Shown here one piece after another: positions 9,935 through 20,224 of a DNA stretch of 64,000 bases. Origin of the DNA: Armatimonadota bacterium (GTDB lineage Bacteria; Armatimonadota; SYMT01); contig JBKBRF010000009.1 in the NCBI GenBank assembly GCA_046292385.1, forward strand, positions 1-64,000. The letters run 5' to 3'. The position numbers and the translations under genes were made by a program. The notes under the pieces are model-generated. The model made no database searches and was not told the origin of the DNA. It was given only the letters and a program-made list of their open reading frames with translations. Within the stretch, counting starts at the first letter, position 1. Every line of letters begins with the position of its first letter.

Positions 9935-10002
9935 GGTGAGCAGGCTGCAGGCGTCCCGCTCGGCGGAAAACCTGCAGCCTGCTCACCCGTAACCTGCCAG
10001 CC
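9935..10002. repeat. GCAGGTT/GCAGGCT-unit fold-back element (copy A)
   Basis: 17-bp perfect inverted repeat GGTGAGCAGGCTGCAGG (9935-9951) / 9971-9987 plus an extra AACCTGCC unit, 11 bp after the cstA stop. Confidence 0.75.
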
Positions 10003-10124
10003 TCGTCTCCGAACCTCGTGGCCCACGGTCGCGGTGATGGAGCCCCGCCTGCCGGCGAAACTTCGACCCCGCCGTCGTCTCATACGCTTCCGGGCGCCCC
10101 TTACCCGCTACGCCCCTACCGCTG

Positions 10125-13100
10125 ATGAGGTTGGCTCTCATGCCCCGCCGCGGACATTCGTCCACCGCTCTCCTCGCGGCCTCCTGGGCCGTCGCGCTCC
10201 TCGCGCCGGGCATGGCGGCCCTCTCGCTGACTGCCGCACCTCGGCGAACCGCCGCAAAGCCCGCCCTGCGCGCAGCGAAACCGGCGCCCCCTCCGACGGC
10301 CGAAAAGCCGGCTTCCGGCACCGTCTCGCTCTCCGGGCCGTGGCGCAGGGAGTACCGTCTGACCGCGGGCGAGACGGTGGAGATCTCCGTGCACCTCGAC
10401 CGCCCCTCCGCCCTCCCTCCGGACGGGCGAGTGCGCGTGGAGTGGACGCTGGAGCGGCCGGACAATCCGGCGGAGGTCGTCCCCACTCCCGAGAAGGGCG
10501 GACCTCGCCCGGTCGACGCGTTCGAGATCTACACCGCCCCCACCCCCAATTGGCAGAAGGTCCTCCACGCTCTGGACGGCGATGTCTATCTCCTCTACCG
10601 CGCGCCGGTGAGCGGCGCCTACAGCCTCAAGCTCGCACCCGTGACCGATGAAAAGTGGATCGGCGACGCCCCCCGCTGGCGAGAGAAGGGCCTGGCGGCG
10701 GAGAGCTTCCCGCTGCCCCGGCGCACCCCCTGGCCGAGCAAGGCGACCGCTCCCCTCTCCGTCTCCGTCAACCGCGTCGATCTCGGCACGGAAGAGCAGG
10801 CGCAGCGACTCGGGAGCGCCGTGGAGGTCGAGCCGAACGACACGCCGGAGCAGGCGCAGCCGCTCGCGCTCGTTCCGAACGCCGAGGTCCGCACCTACGA
10901 GATCACCGGCACCGCGGACGACCTCGAGTACTTCGACAACGGCAAAGTCGGCCGCTCTGGCGACGACTGGTTCCGGGTGGAGTTGAAGGGGACCGAATCC
11001 CGGCTGGTGACCGCGCAGCTCAGCATGCCGGGGCAATTCCTCGCGGCGCGCATCCGGTGCTATCAACTGGAGAACGGGGCGAGCCCCCGCGTCCCACTCG
11101 GCGCTCTCCTGCCGATCTCCGAGTACTTCGGGACCGTCAACCCCGAGCGGTTGCCGTGGCAGGAGGGCAAGCAGATCGAATTCCCGGAAGGGCAGGACCC
11201 GAACGAGCGTGCCCACCGGCAGGACGAGCCGCACCGGACGAACATCAACCGGATCCTGGAGCCGGGCAAGGTCTACTACTTCCGGGTGGAAGCGAATGCC
11301 CCCGCCTACCAGCTCCAGATCCGCGTTCTGAAGCCCGCTCCTTACACCGATCCCCGCATGGCGGTGCGGCAGGCGATGTACACCCAGATCGGGCAGGTGG
11401 ACGCCTGGCTGACCAACCGCCCGCGCGGCGCCAGCGTGGAGCGCCGGATCCGGGACACCGGCAATCTCCTGGGTACCGGGTGCATGAGCTGCCACACCCA
11501 GTCCGGCGTCTGGGGCCCGGCCGTCCCGCTCCAGAACGGGTACCGGGTGGAGAACCGGCAGAATTACGAACACCTCCTCAACGTGATGTACGAGTGCCTG
11601 CGGCCGACGAACGAGCTCCAGGACGCCGCCAACAACAACAGCGTCCCTCCCCTCGATCTCGGCGACGGGCCGGCCGGCACGCGGGTAGCCGGCTTCAACA
11701 TCGCCACCGTCGAGCGGGTATTTCCCCCTCGCAAGCTGCACTCCAAGCAGCAGATCCGCGCCGCGAATCACGTCCTCCAGACGGGCGATCCGGACGGGAT
11801 CAACGCCGCCGGACCGGGCTCCAACGTGGGAGAGGCGATCGTCCAGCTCTTCGGCGCGGAGATCCTGAGCGCCGCCTGGAAGAGCACGGGCGATCCCCGC
11901 TACTTCCGCTCGCTGGAGACGAGGGCGCGTGAAGTCCTGAAGGACGTCCCGGCGTACACGGATGACCTCGCCGTCCGGCTCGACTTCTTCGGCCGCGTCT
12001 TCCCGCTGGATAAATATCCAGAGCAGGCGCAAAGGGCGGCGGAAGCGGAAAATGCGGCGGGACAGCCCCAGAAGGGCGGCCCCGGAGAGGTCGCGGCGCT
12101 GCTCGAGCAGGCCCGGGCCCAGGTCGTCCGCGACGAAGACCGGCTGCGTCAGATCCAGAACCCGGACGGCTCCTGGGGCTTCCATCCCGGCTCCAGCACG
12201 GATGGTGGGAGAAGCTGGACCCGCGAGAATAGCGAGTGGGACCCCGCGCCCACCGCGCTCGCGATCACCGGCCTGACCTCCATCGGCCGCACGAAAGACG
12301 ATCCGGCTATCGCCGGGGGCGTCCAGGCGCTCCTCCGGATGCAGGACCCGTCCGGGCGCTGGAACAAAGCGGCGATCACCGGATTCGTCACCACCGGCTA
12401 TGCCCTGCACGCGCTGGGCCGCCTGTACCCGGTCCAGCCGCGCGCTCCCCAGCGGAGCGAGCTCACCGCAAAACCGGGAGAGACGCTTCTGGCGACGGTG
12501 CAGCGCGTCCAGGCGCTTGCCCTCACCGGCGAGCCTCGCTTTGCCGATCTGCTGCGGCAGGCTGCGGCACACCCCAGCCCGCTCGTCCGCTACTGGGCGA
12601 TAGTCGGCCTGGGCACGATCCACACCGACGCGGGCGTACCGGTGCTGCTCGGCGCCCTTCGAGATAGGGCGAAGCCGGTCCGCGACGCCGCCGTCTGGGG
12701 CCTCCGGCAGACCCTCCTCGACGACCGCGGCTGGCCCACCCTCTTCGCCGCCTACGAAACAGGCGACGATTACACCCGCGAAGGAGTACTCCAGGCGCTC
12801 GGGATGCGCGCGGACGCCGTGATGCCCGACTCCTCGGTCGATTGGAAGCGCCTGACCCGGACGCTCGACCGCGCGATGAACGAGGATCCGCACCCGGCGG
12901 TCCGGGCCTGGGCGAGCAAGGCCGCCTGGCAGTGGTGGATTTGGAACCCTCCCGTCCGGCCGGCGGTGAACGCCGCCTGGCTGCGGATGCTGGAGCGGGC
13001 GGAGCCGAACGCCCTGGTGGAGAACAACAACCGCTACTCGTCGCAGGCTCTCTTCATCGCCAACGGACACCGGGCGAACGGCTCCTCCGAGCACCAGTAC

Positions 13101-14780
13101 AAGGAACTGGCGGTCCTCTTCGAGGCGCTGCGAAAGCGGCTCGAGACCGCTGGACCCGCCGTAAAGTCGCTGCTGGCGCGGCGGCTGGTCGCTGTGGGGG
13201 CCACCTTCTACCAGACCGGCGAAGGCGACGGCGGCAGCCCGGGACAGATGGGCTACGCGACCCCGGGCTCCGGCGCCCTATTCGGGCAGGCGGTCCTCGT
13301 CTACCTGCGGGAAGTGGAGCCCACTCGCGATCTCCGCGCCATTACCGCCGGCCTGGAAGGGGCTGCGAACATCCCGCACGGCCCGCTTCAGGAGTTCCTC
13401 ATCAACTATGCGTTCAAGGCGCCCGAAGAGCTCCGCCGCACCGCCACGGAGGCGATCTCCGACCCTCGCTCGGCGATGCTGGAGGCGGCGCCGGAGCGAA
13501 TCGCACCGCTGATCGCGCAGGTGAAGCGGGGCGCGGCGGACCCCGCGCGGCGTCCCACCCTCTCCGATCCGGTGATCAAGTTGTTCAGCTCGGTGAACTG
13601 GCTGATCTCGAAAGACCCCGAGGCGCAGCGTCACTTCCTCGACCTGATGATCCCGAAATTCGACCGCTACGTCAGTCCCGAGGAGCTGGCGGGCGTCACT
13701 GATGCCGCGAAGAAGGCGGAGCTGACTCGGGAGATGGAGGTCGCCTGGTACCTGGCGGACCAGATGGGCGAGGTGCTCGCCTCCAATCCGGACCTCCGCC
13801 TGGACATGGTCTTCCGGAGCTACTTTCCGGCGGAGCCCCGGAACCCGCTGGAGCGTCACTTCTGGGTCCGCAGCGTCACCTGGATCCTGGAGCACAACCA
13901 CGCCCCACCCGCCGCGACCCCCGCCGATGAGCAGCCGGGCCAGCCGGAGAAGCCGGTCGATCTGAAGGCCGACCCGGGTCTGGTCATCAAGGACCGCGCC
14001 CTCCAGCTCTACCTCGACGCGCTCGGTCCGGACGCCCATCCCCGGACCCGCGCCGCCGCCGTGGGGATCTCGGGCCGCACGGCGGTCCGGCGCAACCCGG
14101 AGGTCCTGCTCGCGCTCTCCCGGCTCCTGATGGTAGAGAAGGACCAGCAGCTCCGGCAGATCGCCGAGAACGTGGTGAAGCAGGGCTCGGACCGGTTCGT
14201 TCCGGAGCTGGTCGAGGCCCTGAAGCGCGAGGAGCGGCCCGGCAACTGGCTGACGGAAGAGGGAAAGGCGAACCCGCTCTTCCTGGAGGACATCACCTAT
14301 TTCCGGGATTACGTGATCCCCGAGCTCGCCCGGGCGAAGCGCTCCGATCAGAAGACGTGCATGGGCTGCCACGGGGTCCCGGGAAGCGTTCCTTCCTTCA
14401 CCCTGAAGCCGACCGACGACTACGGCTACCTCTCCGTCGCCGACCTCCTCTTCAACTACCGGGAAGCGCAAGCTCGCGTGAATCTCGCCGATCTGGAACG
14501 CAGCAAGCTCTTGCGCAAGCCGCTGAACATCCAGGACGGAAAAGAAGAGGGCCACCAGGGGGGCCGGCGCTACTTTCCGCAGGACGAGGGCTACCAAATC
14601 CTCCGGAAGTGGGTGGAAAACCAGCCGAAGGTCCTCGCGGCGGTCATGAGCGCCGGCGAGCCAAGACGGCGTCCACTGGCACGCCTGCTTACCCCGCCGA
14701 AGGCGCCCGCCCTCAAGCCGCGAGGAGCTGGCTCGGCAGAGGACGGTCGCGCTCGGCCGACGCCGGCTCTTAACGGTTAG
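10125..14780 (+). CDS. Large secreted multidomain protein: PPC-like region, two CxxCH motifs, prenyltransferase/squalene-cyclase-like repeats, HEAT repeats
   Basis: Hydrophobic N-terminal signal; EVEPNDTPEQAQ; CMSCH (11481-11495); QNPDGSW and QDPSGRW; HEAT-like PLVRYWAIVGLG and KPVRDAAVWGL; CMGCH (14358-14372) followed by LLRKP...HQGG. Confidence 0.85.
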   Translation: MRLALMPRRGHSSTALLAASWAVALLAPGMAALSLTAAPRRTAAKPALRAAKPAPPPTAEKPASGTVSLSGPWRREYRLTAGETVEISVHLDRPSALPPDGRVRVEWTLERPDNPAEVVPTPEKGGPRPVDAFEIYTAPTPNWQKVLHALDGDVYLLYRAPVSGAYSLKLAPVTDEKWIGDAPRWREKGLAAESFPLPRRTPWPSKATAPLSVSVNRVDLGTEEQAQRLGSAVEVEPNDTPEQAQPLALVPNAEVRTYEITGTADDLEYFDNGKVGRSGDDWFRVELKGTESRLVTAQLSMPGQFLAARIRCYQLENGASPRVPLGALLPISEYFGTVNPERLPWQEGKQIEFPEGQDPNERAHRQDEPHRTNINRILEPGKVYYFRVEANAPAYQLQIRVLKPAPYTDPRMAVRQAMYTQIGQVDAWLTNRPRGASVERRIRDTGNLLGTGCMSCHTQSGVWGPAVPLQNGYRVENRQNYEHLLNVMYECLRPTNELQDAANNNSVPPLDLGDGPAGTRVAGFNIATVERVFPPRKLHSKQQIRAANHVLQTGDPDGINAAGPGSNVGEAIVQLFGAEILSAAWKSTGDPRYFRSLETRAREVLKDVPAYTDDLAVRLDFFGRVFPLDKYPEQAQRAAEAENAAGQPQKGGPGEVAALLEQARAQVVRDEDRLRQIQNPDGSWGFHPGSSTDGGRSWTRENSEWDPAPTALAITGLTSIGRTKDDPAIAGGVQALLRMQDPSGRWNKAAITGFVTTGYALHALGRLYPVQPRAPQRSELTAKPGETLLATVQRVQALALTGEPRFADLLRQAAAHPSPLVRYWAIVGLGTIHTDAGVPVLLGALRDRAKPVRDAAVWGLRQTLLDDRGWPTLFAAYETGDDYTREGVLQALGMRADAVMPDSSVDWKRLTRTLDRAMNEDPHPAVRAWASKAAWQWWIWNPPVRPAVNAAWLRMLERAEPNALVENNNRYSSQALFIANGHRANGSSEHQYKELAVLFEALRKRLETAGPAVKSLLARRLVAVGATFYQTGEGDGGSPGQMGYATPGSGALFGQAVLVYLREVEPTRDLRAITAGLEGAANIPHGPLQEFLINYAFKAPEELRRTATEAISDPRSAMLEAAPERIAPLIAQVKRGAADPARRPTLSDPVIKLFSSVNWLISKDPEAQRHFLDLMIPKFDRYVSPEELAGVTDAAKKAELTREMEVAWYLADQMGEVLASNPDLRLDMVFRSYFPAEPRNPLERHFWVRSVTWILEHNHAPPAATPADEQPGQPEKPVDLKADPGLVIKDRALQLYLDALGPDAHPRTRAAAVGISGRTAVRRNPEVLLALSRLLMVEKDQQLRQIAENVVKQGSDRFVPELVEALKREERPGNWLTEEGKANPLFLEDITYFRDYVIPELARAKRSDQKTCMGCHGVPGSVPSFTLKPTDDYGYLSVADLLFNYREAQARVNLADLERSKLLRKPLNIQDGKEEGHQGGRRYFPQDEGYQILRKWVENQPKVLAAVMSAGEPRRRPLARLLTPPKAPALKPRGAGSAEDGRARPTPALNG

Positions 14781-14790
14781 GTCGACCGCC

Positions 14791-15705
14791 TTAAAAGTCG
14801 AGCAGGCCGTTGTGGACCGCCGTGGCGGCGACGGCGGCCTGCCCGACGGCGACCGTGACCTGGTTGATCGACGAAGTGACGTCGCCGACGGCGTAGAGAC
14901 CGGGCACCGTCGTCTGCTGCCAGCGATCGGTCTCCAGGTACCCGTCCTCGTCCGCCTTCGCGCCGAGGGCGGTCGCCAGTCCGCTGTTGACGCGGACGCC
15001 GAGCGCGGAGAAGACGAGGTCGCAGCGGACCTCGGAGCCGTCTTCCAGGCAGACGACCAGCGCGTTTTCATCGACTGGCTCCATCCGCTCGATGAGCCCG
15101 GGATAGCGCCGGATCCCGTCCGCATCCAGACGGCTCATCAGCTCCGCGCAGATCGGCCGCTCCTCCTCCAGGCCATTCGAGAACAGCACGACCTCCTGCG
15201 CGAAGCAGCGCAGGTAAAGCGCCTCCCGCGCCACCTTGTCCCCGCAGCCCACGATCCCGACGCGCTTCCCGTTCGTCTCGTAGGCGTCGCAGATCGGGCA
15301 GACGCGGACGTGCGAGCCGGCGAGCTCCTGAATGTTCTCCACGTCCGGCCAGAGGTCGCAGAGCCCGGTAGCGAGGATGACGCGCCGCGCTTCGACCACC
15401 AGCTCCTCGGCGCGCACCCGAAAGCAATCGCCTTCGCGCTCCAACTCCGTCACGACGTACGGCATCCGCTGCACCTGGAACCGGTCCGCCTGGGAGGCGA
15501 ATTGCTCGAGCAGCTCCCGGCCCGTGATCCCTTCCGGAAACCCGGGGTAGTTGCGGTTGCGGGGACTGTACGCCGCGCGGGGAGTCCCCTCTCCAAAGAC
15601 GAGGACCTGGCGGTTGAAGCGCGCCAGGTAGATGGCCGCGGCGAGGCCGCCGGGGCCGGCACCGATGACGGCGCAGTCGCAGCAAAGCGTGGCGGGTGTG
15701 TCCAT
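14791..15705 (-). CDS. Thioredoxin-reductase-like NAD(P)/FAD-dependent oxidoreductase
   Basis: VIGAGPGG, NYPGFP, ILATG, CPIC redox motif and VPGLYAVGD. Confidence 0.9.
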   Translation of the reverse strand: MDTPATLCCDCAVIGAGPGGLAAAIYLARFNRQVLVFGEGTPRAAYSPRNRNYPGFPEGITGRELLEQFASQADRFQVQRMPYVVTELEREGDCFRVRAEELVVEARRVILATGLCDLWPDVENIQELAGSHVRVCPICDAYETNGKRVGIVGCGDKVAREALYLRCFAQEVVLFSNGLEEERPICAELMSRLDADGIRRYPGLIERMEPVDENALVVCLEDGSEVRCDLVFSALGVRVNSGLATALGAKADEDGYLETDRWQQTTVPGLYAVGDVTSSINQVTVAVGQAAVAATAVHNGLLDF

Positions 15706-15950
15706 GTCGGCGAAATCTGCCCGTGCCGCACCCGGTTCAAACCGGCGGCCGGCCGGCGAATCAAAAGCCCGCGCCCGGTTTCGGGGACCGGTGGCATGGG
15801 AATGTCTTTACGCGGCGAGCAGCGCCCCGGGAACCGAGTGGGCGATCTTGAGAACCGGCTTTCGGGAGAGACTCTCCCATTGATCCACTCCCCCTCTCTC
15901 CCACTCCCACCCGTCAGACTTAGCTGTTACCGGTACAACAGGAGGACGGT

Positions 15951-16475
15951 ATGGCGAATGAAGCCCCGATGGAGGCAATCCGGCGCTACCTTCAGGACGC
16001 GATCGCGGCGGAGAAGCACTTTGAAGGCCAGCTCCGCACAAACGCGAAGGATGCGGAGCAGCCGGAGATCAAGCGGCTCTTCGAGCAGCACGCGGAAGAG
16101 ACCCGGATGCAGCACGAGCGGCTCACCGCCCGCCTCGAAACGCTCGGCGGCAGCCCCTCCGGGATGAAGAGCTTCATGGCGAACCTGTTCGGCATGGCTC
16201 CGAAGGCCGCCCAGATGGGCCACGACGCCGCGGAGCGGGGCACGCAGGACCTGATCATGGCCTACGCGGTGGAGCAGAGCGAGATCGCGATGTACGAAGC
16301 GCTCATCGTCGCCGCTGACGCCGCGGGCGACCAGGAGACCGCGCAGCTCGCGCGGGAGATCCAGCAGCAAGAGCGGAGGACCGCCGAGAGGGTGTGGGAC
16401 CTGGTGGCGCCCGCCGCCCGGCAGTCGTTCATGAAGGTCACCGGCACGGGCAGGGAGGCTCGCCGCGCCGCGTAA
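15951..16475 (+). CDS. Ferritin-like DUF892/YciF family protein
   Basis: YLQDAIAAE, HAEETRMQ and YAVEQSEIAMYEAL motifs; AGGAGG RBS. Confidence 0.85.
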   Translation: MANEAPMEAIRRYLQDAIAAEKHFEGQLRTNAKDAEQPEIKRLFEQHAEETRMQHERLTARLETLGGSPSGMKSFMANLFGMAPKAAQMGHDAAERGTQDLIMAYAVEQSEIAMYEALIVAADAAGDQETAQLAREIQQQERRTAERVWDLVAPAARQSFMKVTGTGREARRAA

Positions 16476-16497
16476 CCCGCCGCTTCGGCCGAAACGC

Positions 16498-16543
16498 GAA
16501 GAGCCCGGCGTGAAGGGAGAGTCTCCTCCGCGCCGGGCTCTTC
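16498..16543. terminator. Hairpin between convergent genes (probable terminator)
   Basis: 13-bp inverted repeat GAAGAGCCCGGCG / CGCCGGGCTCTTC. Confidence 0.6.
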
Positions 16544-16562
16544 CTGCATCTCCGCCCGCCCG

Positions 16563-17420
16563 CTAGACCGGAAGCTCGATCCAGGCGCCGTCCGCCGCGC
16601 GGGACAGGCCGGCGGCTTCCAGGATCGCCACCACCCGCAGCATCTCCTGCGTGCTGACCACGCTGCGACCGGTCCGGAACGCGTGGAGCGCCCGCCGCAT
16701 CAGGTTGCAGTAGAAGCCGTCGAAGTCTTTGATCGTCTGGGTCACGTACTGCTCCCCGTCCCGGAACCCGAAGCTCCACGGGAGCGCTTCCCACTGGTTC
16801 TCCGCCTCCCGCACGTCGACCCACGCGCGCCGGCCGTCCTCGTACTCCAGCGTCAGCGCCGTCGACCCGCCCTTCCCGGTATCCAGCACTCGCCGGATCC
16901 CCGGGCCCATGCAGCCGAGCACCAGCGACAGGGTGTGGACCCCATAGTTGTCCCAGTCCCCCATTCCGCGGGCGAAGGCCTCGGAGGGGGCGGAGCGGGC
17001 CTTCGACATCGACTCCTGCAGCTCTTCGGCAAAGCGGAGCGCCGACGCGGAGAAGAGCCAGGCATCGTACTCCTCCGCCATCTCGATAATCTTCTGCGCC
17101 TCGCCCAGCGTGGGGGCGAGGAACTTGTCGATGAAGCACGGAGTGCCGGACGGCAGTACTTCCCGGCAGAGCGCCAGGTGCATCTCGATGTTATCCGGCG
17201 CGAGCACCATCACCGCGTCGCACGCGGCGGCCACCTCCACCGCGCTTTCCGCCCGCGTGACGCCGTGCTTCTCGCACCAGTCTTCGTCTCCGGAGGGATT
17301 GCTCTCCCAGGCGGCGACGACCCGCCCGTCCAGGTCGGCCAGCGGTCCGCGCAGCAGCGTGAGAAACTTGTTGGCGTGGAAGTTATTCAGGTGGTGGTCA
17401 ACGAAGCCGATACGCAGCAT
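16563..17420 (-). CDS. Gfo/Idh/MocA-like oxidoreductase
   Basis: N-terminal Rossmann-like strand, FIDKFLA, FSASALRFA and YGVH; start re-called to ATG 17420 after GAGGAG. Confidence 0.75.
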   Translation of the reverse strand: MLRIGFVDHHLNNFHANKFLTLLRGPLADLDGRVVAAWESNPSGDEDWCEKHGVTRAESAVEVAAACDAVMVLAPDNIEMHLALCREVLPSGTPCFIDKFLAPTLGEAQKIIEMAEEYDAWLFSASALRFAEELQESMSKARSAPSEAFARGMGDWDNYGVHTLSLVLGCMGPGIRRVLDTGKGGSTALTLEYEDGRRAWVDVREAENQWEALPWSFGFRDGEQYVTQTIKDFDGFYCNLMRRALHAFRTGRSVVSTQEMLRVVAILEAAGLSRAADGAWIELPV

Positions 17421-17490
17421 GAAGGGGCTCCTCGGCGGGGACACCGGCAAACACCCGCTATTATGCCGCAGAATGCCCGCGCTTCGGCCA

Positions 17491-18540
17491 CTACACCGCG
17501 AGTCTGCGCTGCAGCCCCTCCGGCTCCAGCGCCAGGTGGCGCCGGGCGGCGTCGGTCACCTTGCGCCCGGTCGGGGTGCGGGCGAGGAATCCGATCTTGA
17601 GCAGATACGGCTCCACCACCTCCACCAGGGTCGAGCCCTGCTCGTTCAGCGTCGCCGCCAGCGCCTCGATCCCCACCGGCCCGCCCTCGTAGGTTTCCAG
17701 GATCACCATGAGCAGGCGGCGGTCGAGTGCTGTCAGCCCCACCTCGTCGATCCCCTCCAGCCGCAGCGCGGCGTCCGCCATCTCGCGGGTCAGCACGCCG
17801 TCCCCCTTGACCAGGGCGTAGTCGCGCACCCGCCGGAGCAGCCGGTTGGCGATGCGCGGCGTCCCCCGCGAGCGGCGCGCGATCTCCTCCGCCCCGGCCT
17901 CCCGGATGTCTACGCCCAGGATGTGCGCGGAGCGCAGCACGATCCGCTTCAGCTCGTCCGGGGAGTAGAACTCCAGGTGGTATTCCAGCCCGAAGCGGTC
18001 CCGCATTGGCGCGCTGAGCATCCCCGCCATGGTGGTAGCGCCGATCAGCGTGAACTGCTTCAGCGGATACTGCAGGGTGCGGGCGTTCGGGCCGCGGTCC
18101 ACCACGAGATCGATCTTGAAGTCTTCCATCGCGGAGTAGAGCCGCTCTTCCACGGCAGCGTCGAGCCGGTGGATCTCGTCGATGAAGAGCACGTCGCCGC
18201 GCTTCAGGCCCGTGAGATAGCCCATCAGGTCGCCCGCCCGCTTGAGTGCCGGCCCGGAGGTGAGCGTCAGGTCGGTCCCCATCTCCCGCCGGATGATGTG
18301 CGCGAGCGTCGTCTTCCCCAACCCCGGCGGACCGTACAGCAGCACGTGGTCCATCGGCTCCCCGCGCATCTGCGCCGCCTGGATCGCAATGCGGATCGGC
18401 GCCACGACCTGCGCTTGCCCGATGTACTCCTCCAGCGACTCCGGGCGCAGGCTGGTAAAGAGCGCCTCTTCCTCGGCGGTGGCCGCCGGGGAGACGGCGG
18501 GGCTGCTTCCCTCGGTGGTGATCTTCTTTTGCCGTGCCAT
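17491..18540 (-). CDS. ruvB: Holliday junction branch migration helicase RuvB
   Basis: [50 protein letters not shown] and EPYL. Confidence 0.97.
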   Translation of the reverse strand: MARQKKITTEGSSPAVSPAATAEEEALFTSLRPESLEEYIGQAQVVAPIRIAIQAAQMRGEPMDHVLLYGPPGLGKTTLAHIIRREMGTDLTLTSGPALKRAGDLMGYLTGLKRGDVLFIDEIHRLDAAVEERLYSAMEDFKIDLVVDRGPNARTLQYPLKQFTLIGATTMAGMLSAPMRDRFGLEYHLEFYSPDELKRIVLRSAHILGVDIREAGAEEIARRSRGTPRIANRLLRRVRDYALVKGDGVLTREMADAALRLEGIDEVGLTALDRRLLMVILETYEGGPVGIEALAATLNEQGSTLVEVVEPYLLKIGFLARTPTGRKVTDAARRHLALEPEGLQRRLAV

Positions 18541-18633
18541 GGTGCCTCGTTCGTCCTCGCCAGCTATGCAGTATCGCTCCCGCGGTTTCTCTCACAACTC
18601 AGCTCGACCTGGGGCGGCAAATGGGCGCTCCGG

Positions 18634-18742
18634 CGCGGCCTAACCCCCCAAACCCCCTTCCCAGAGAGGGAAGGGGGAGCAGGCTGCTCCACACCCAGAG
18701 CTCCCCTCTCCTCTCAGGAGAGGGGCCGGGGGTGAGGCCGCG
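18634..18742. repeat. REP-like inverted pair of palindromic units
   Basis: CCTAACCCCCCAAACCCCCTTCCCAGAGAGGGAAGGGGGAG faces CTCCCCTCTCCTCTCAGGAGAGGGGCCGGGGGTGAGG, closed by CGCGGCC/GGCCGCG. Confidence 0.75.
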
Positions 18743-18810
18743 TGAGAAGCAGCGGCTTCCGCAGTCACGTCCCCGCGTGAGCTGGCCAGAGGACCTCTCT
18801 CGCAGGCAGT

Positions 18811-19470
18811 TCACTTCCGATCCCGATGCTGCGTCCACACCGCGTCCAGCAGCTTCTCCAGCGTATCCGCCTGCGGCTTCGCCTCTCGCGCGGCGCGGAG
18901 CATCTGCTCGGCTTCGTGCGACCGGTACCCCAGGTCCTCCAGCGCGATCTGCGCCTGCACCACCCACTCTTCCGCCGGCTCCAGCGCGCGCTCCGGCAGC
19001 TTCTCCTCCGGCATCATGGCAAAGAGCGCCATCTTGCCCCGCAGGGCCGCGATCAACTGCTCCGCCTTGCCGGCCCCGATGCCCGGCAGCGCCGTCAGCG
19101 CCTTCACGTCGCGGGTCATGATCCGGCTGGCGTACTCCGGGACGGAAATCGTCATCGACTTCGCCGCGGCCATCGGCCCGAAGCGACTCACCCCCGCCAG
19201 CATCTCGAAGAAGCGCCGCTCCAGGGCGTCGTTGAAGCCGTACATCACCGGCACCGGCTTGCGCTCCGGCACGTGGTAGTGGATGAAGAGCGAGACGCTC
19301 TCGGGATGGGTGCTGAGCCGCGCCTTCGGGTCGTCTGCCGGGAGATGCCGGGCCCGCAGCGCCTTCATCTGGTGCGGCGGCACGATCACCTCGTAGCCCA
19401 CGCCGCCCACGTCGAGGATCAGGCGATCCCCCTCCTCGTCGATCACCCGCCCCGTCAGCCTCGCGATCAT
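18811..19470 (-). CDS. ruvA: Holliday junction branch migration protein RuvA
   Basis: MIARLTG, DVGGVGYEV, MYGF, LPGIGAGKA and ALEDLGY; lies between ruvC and ruvB. Confidence 0.92.
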   Translation of the reverse strand: MIARLTGRVIDEEGDRLILDVGGVGYEVIVPPHQMKALRARHLPADDPKARLSTHPESVSLFIHYHVPERKPVPVMYGFNDALERRFFEMLAGVSRFGPMAAAKSMTISVPEYASRIMTRDVKALTALPGIGAGKAEQLIAALRGKMALFAMMPEEKLPERALEPAEEWVVQAQIALEDLGYRSHEAEQMLRAAREAKPQADTLEKLLDAVWTQHRDRK

Positions 19471-19516
19471 TCGGTCCCAGTCCCTCTGCGTCTACGGCGA
19501 ACGCTATCCGATCCCG

Positions 19517-20014
19517 TTAACCTGCGAGCGGCACCCCACGGGTGACCCGGTACGCCACCGCCGTCGCGATGGCGATCGCGTCGGAGACGTCGGCGGGGGT
19601 AGGCGGCGCGTCCAGCGCGTAGATCGCCATGACCGTCCGCTGCACCTGCTCCTTGGTGGCGTGGCCCTCGCCGACGACCGCGTGCTTCACCTGGCTGGGG
19701 GCGATGTCGACCACCGGAATGCCGACCTCCGCCGCCGCGAGGCAGACCACCCCTCGCACGTGCGCCATCTGCAGGGCGCTGCGCGGGTGGCGGTACTCCG
19801 AGTAGAGCGACTCCAGCCCCAGCACCTGCGGGCGGAACTCGCGGAGCACCTCGGCCAGGTCGGTCCGGATCGTCTTCAGCCGCTCCGGCAGCGGGATGCG
19901 CGAGGTGCCTCCCCGGATCGCGCCGGCCTCCAGCAGCGTCGGCTGCGTCCCGAGCAGGTCCACCACTGCGTAGCCGGTCGTGCTCAATCCCGGATCGACT
20001 CCCAGCACCCGCAT
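19517..20014 (-). CDS. ruvC: Crossover junction endodeoxyribonuclease RuvC
   Basis: MRVLGVDPG, VKHAVVGEGHATKEQV and DVSDAIAIA; start re-called to ATG 20014. Confidence 0.95.
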   Translation of the reverse strand: MRVLGVDPGLSTTGYAVVDLLGTQPTLLEAGAIRGGTSRIPLPERLKTIRTDLAEVLREFRPQVLGLESLYSEYRHPRSALQMAHVRGVVCLAAAEVGIPVVDIAPSQVKHAVVGEGHATKEQVQRTVMAIYALDAPPTPADVSDAIAIATAVAYRVTRGVPLAG

Positions 20015-20224
20015 CCCACCTCCCGGGCGCCGCGTCTCCGGAGCCGCTCCTCGTCTCCCGGAGTGGGCTCTTAGCAATCACAAGTTTGCTGTATTCTATC
20101 GCGCGGGCACCGTCCCCGCCATTGTCGGTCGTAATCCCCGCGGCGGCTATGCGGCCTCCACTGGCGGAGCTGTAACCGCCGTTTCCGGCTGGTGTCTTAC
20201 CCTGCTGCGAAGGGAGACGGAGCG

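Noticed and set aside
20015..20224. LexA/SOS box upstream of ruvC (also checked before dinB and the Atl-like gene)
   Set aside because: No convincing GAAC-N4-GTTC or CTGT-N8-ACAG site is shared by these regions.
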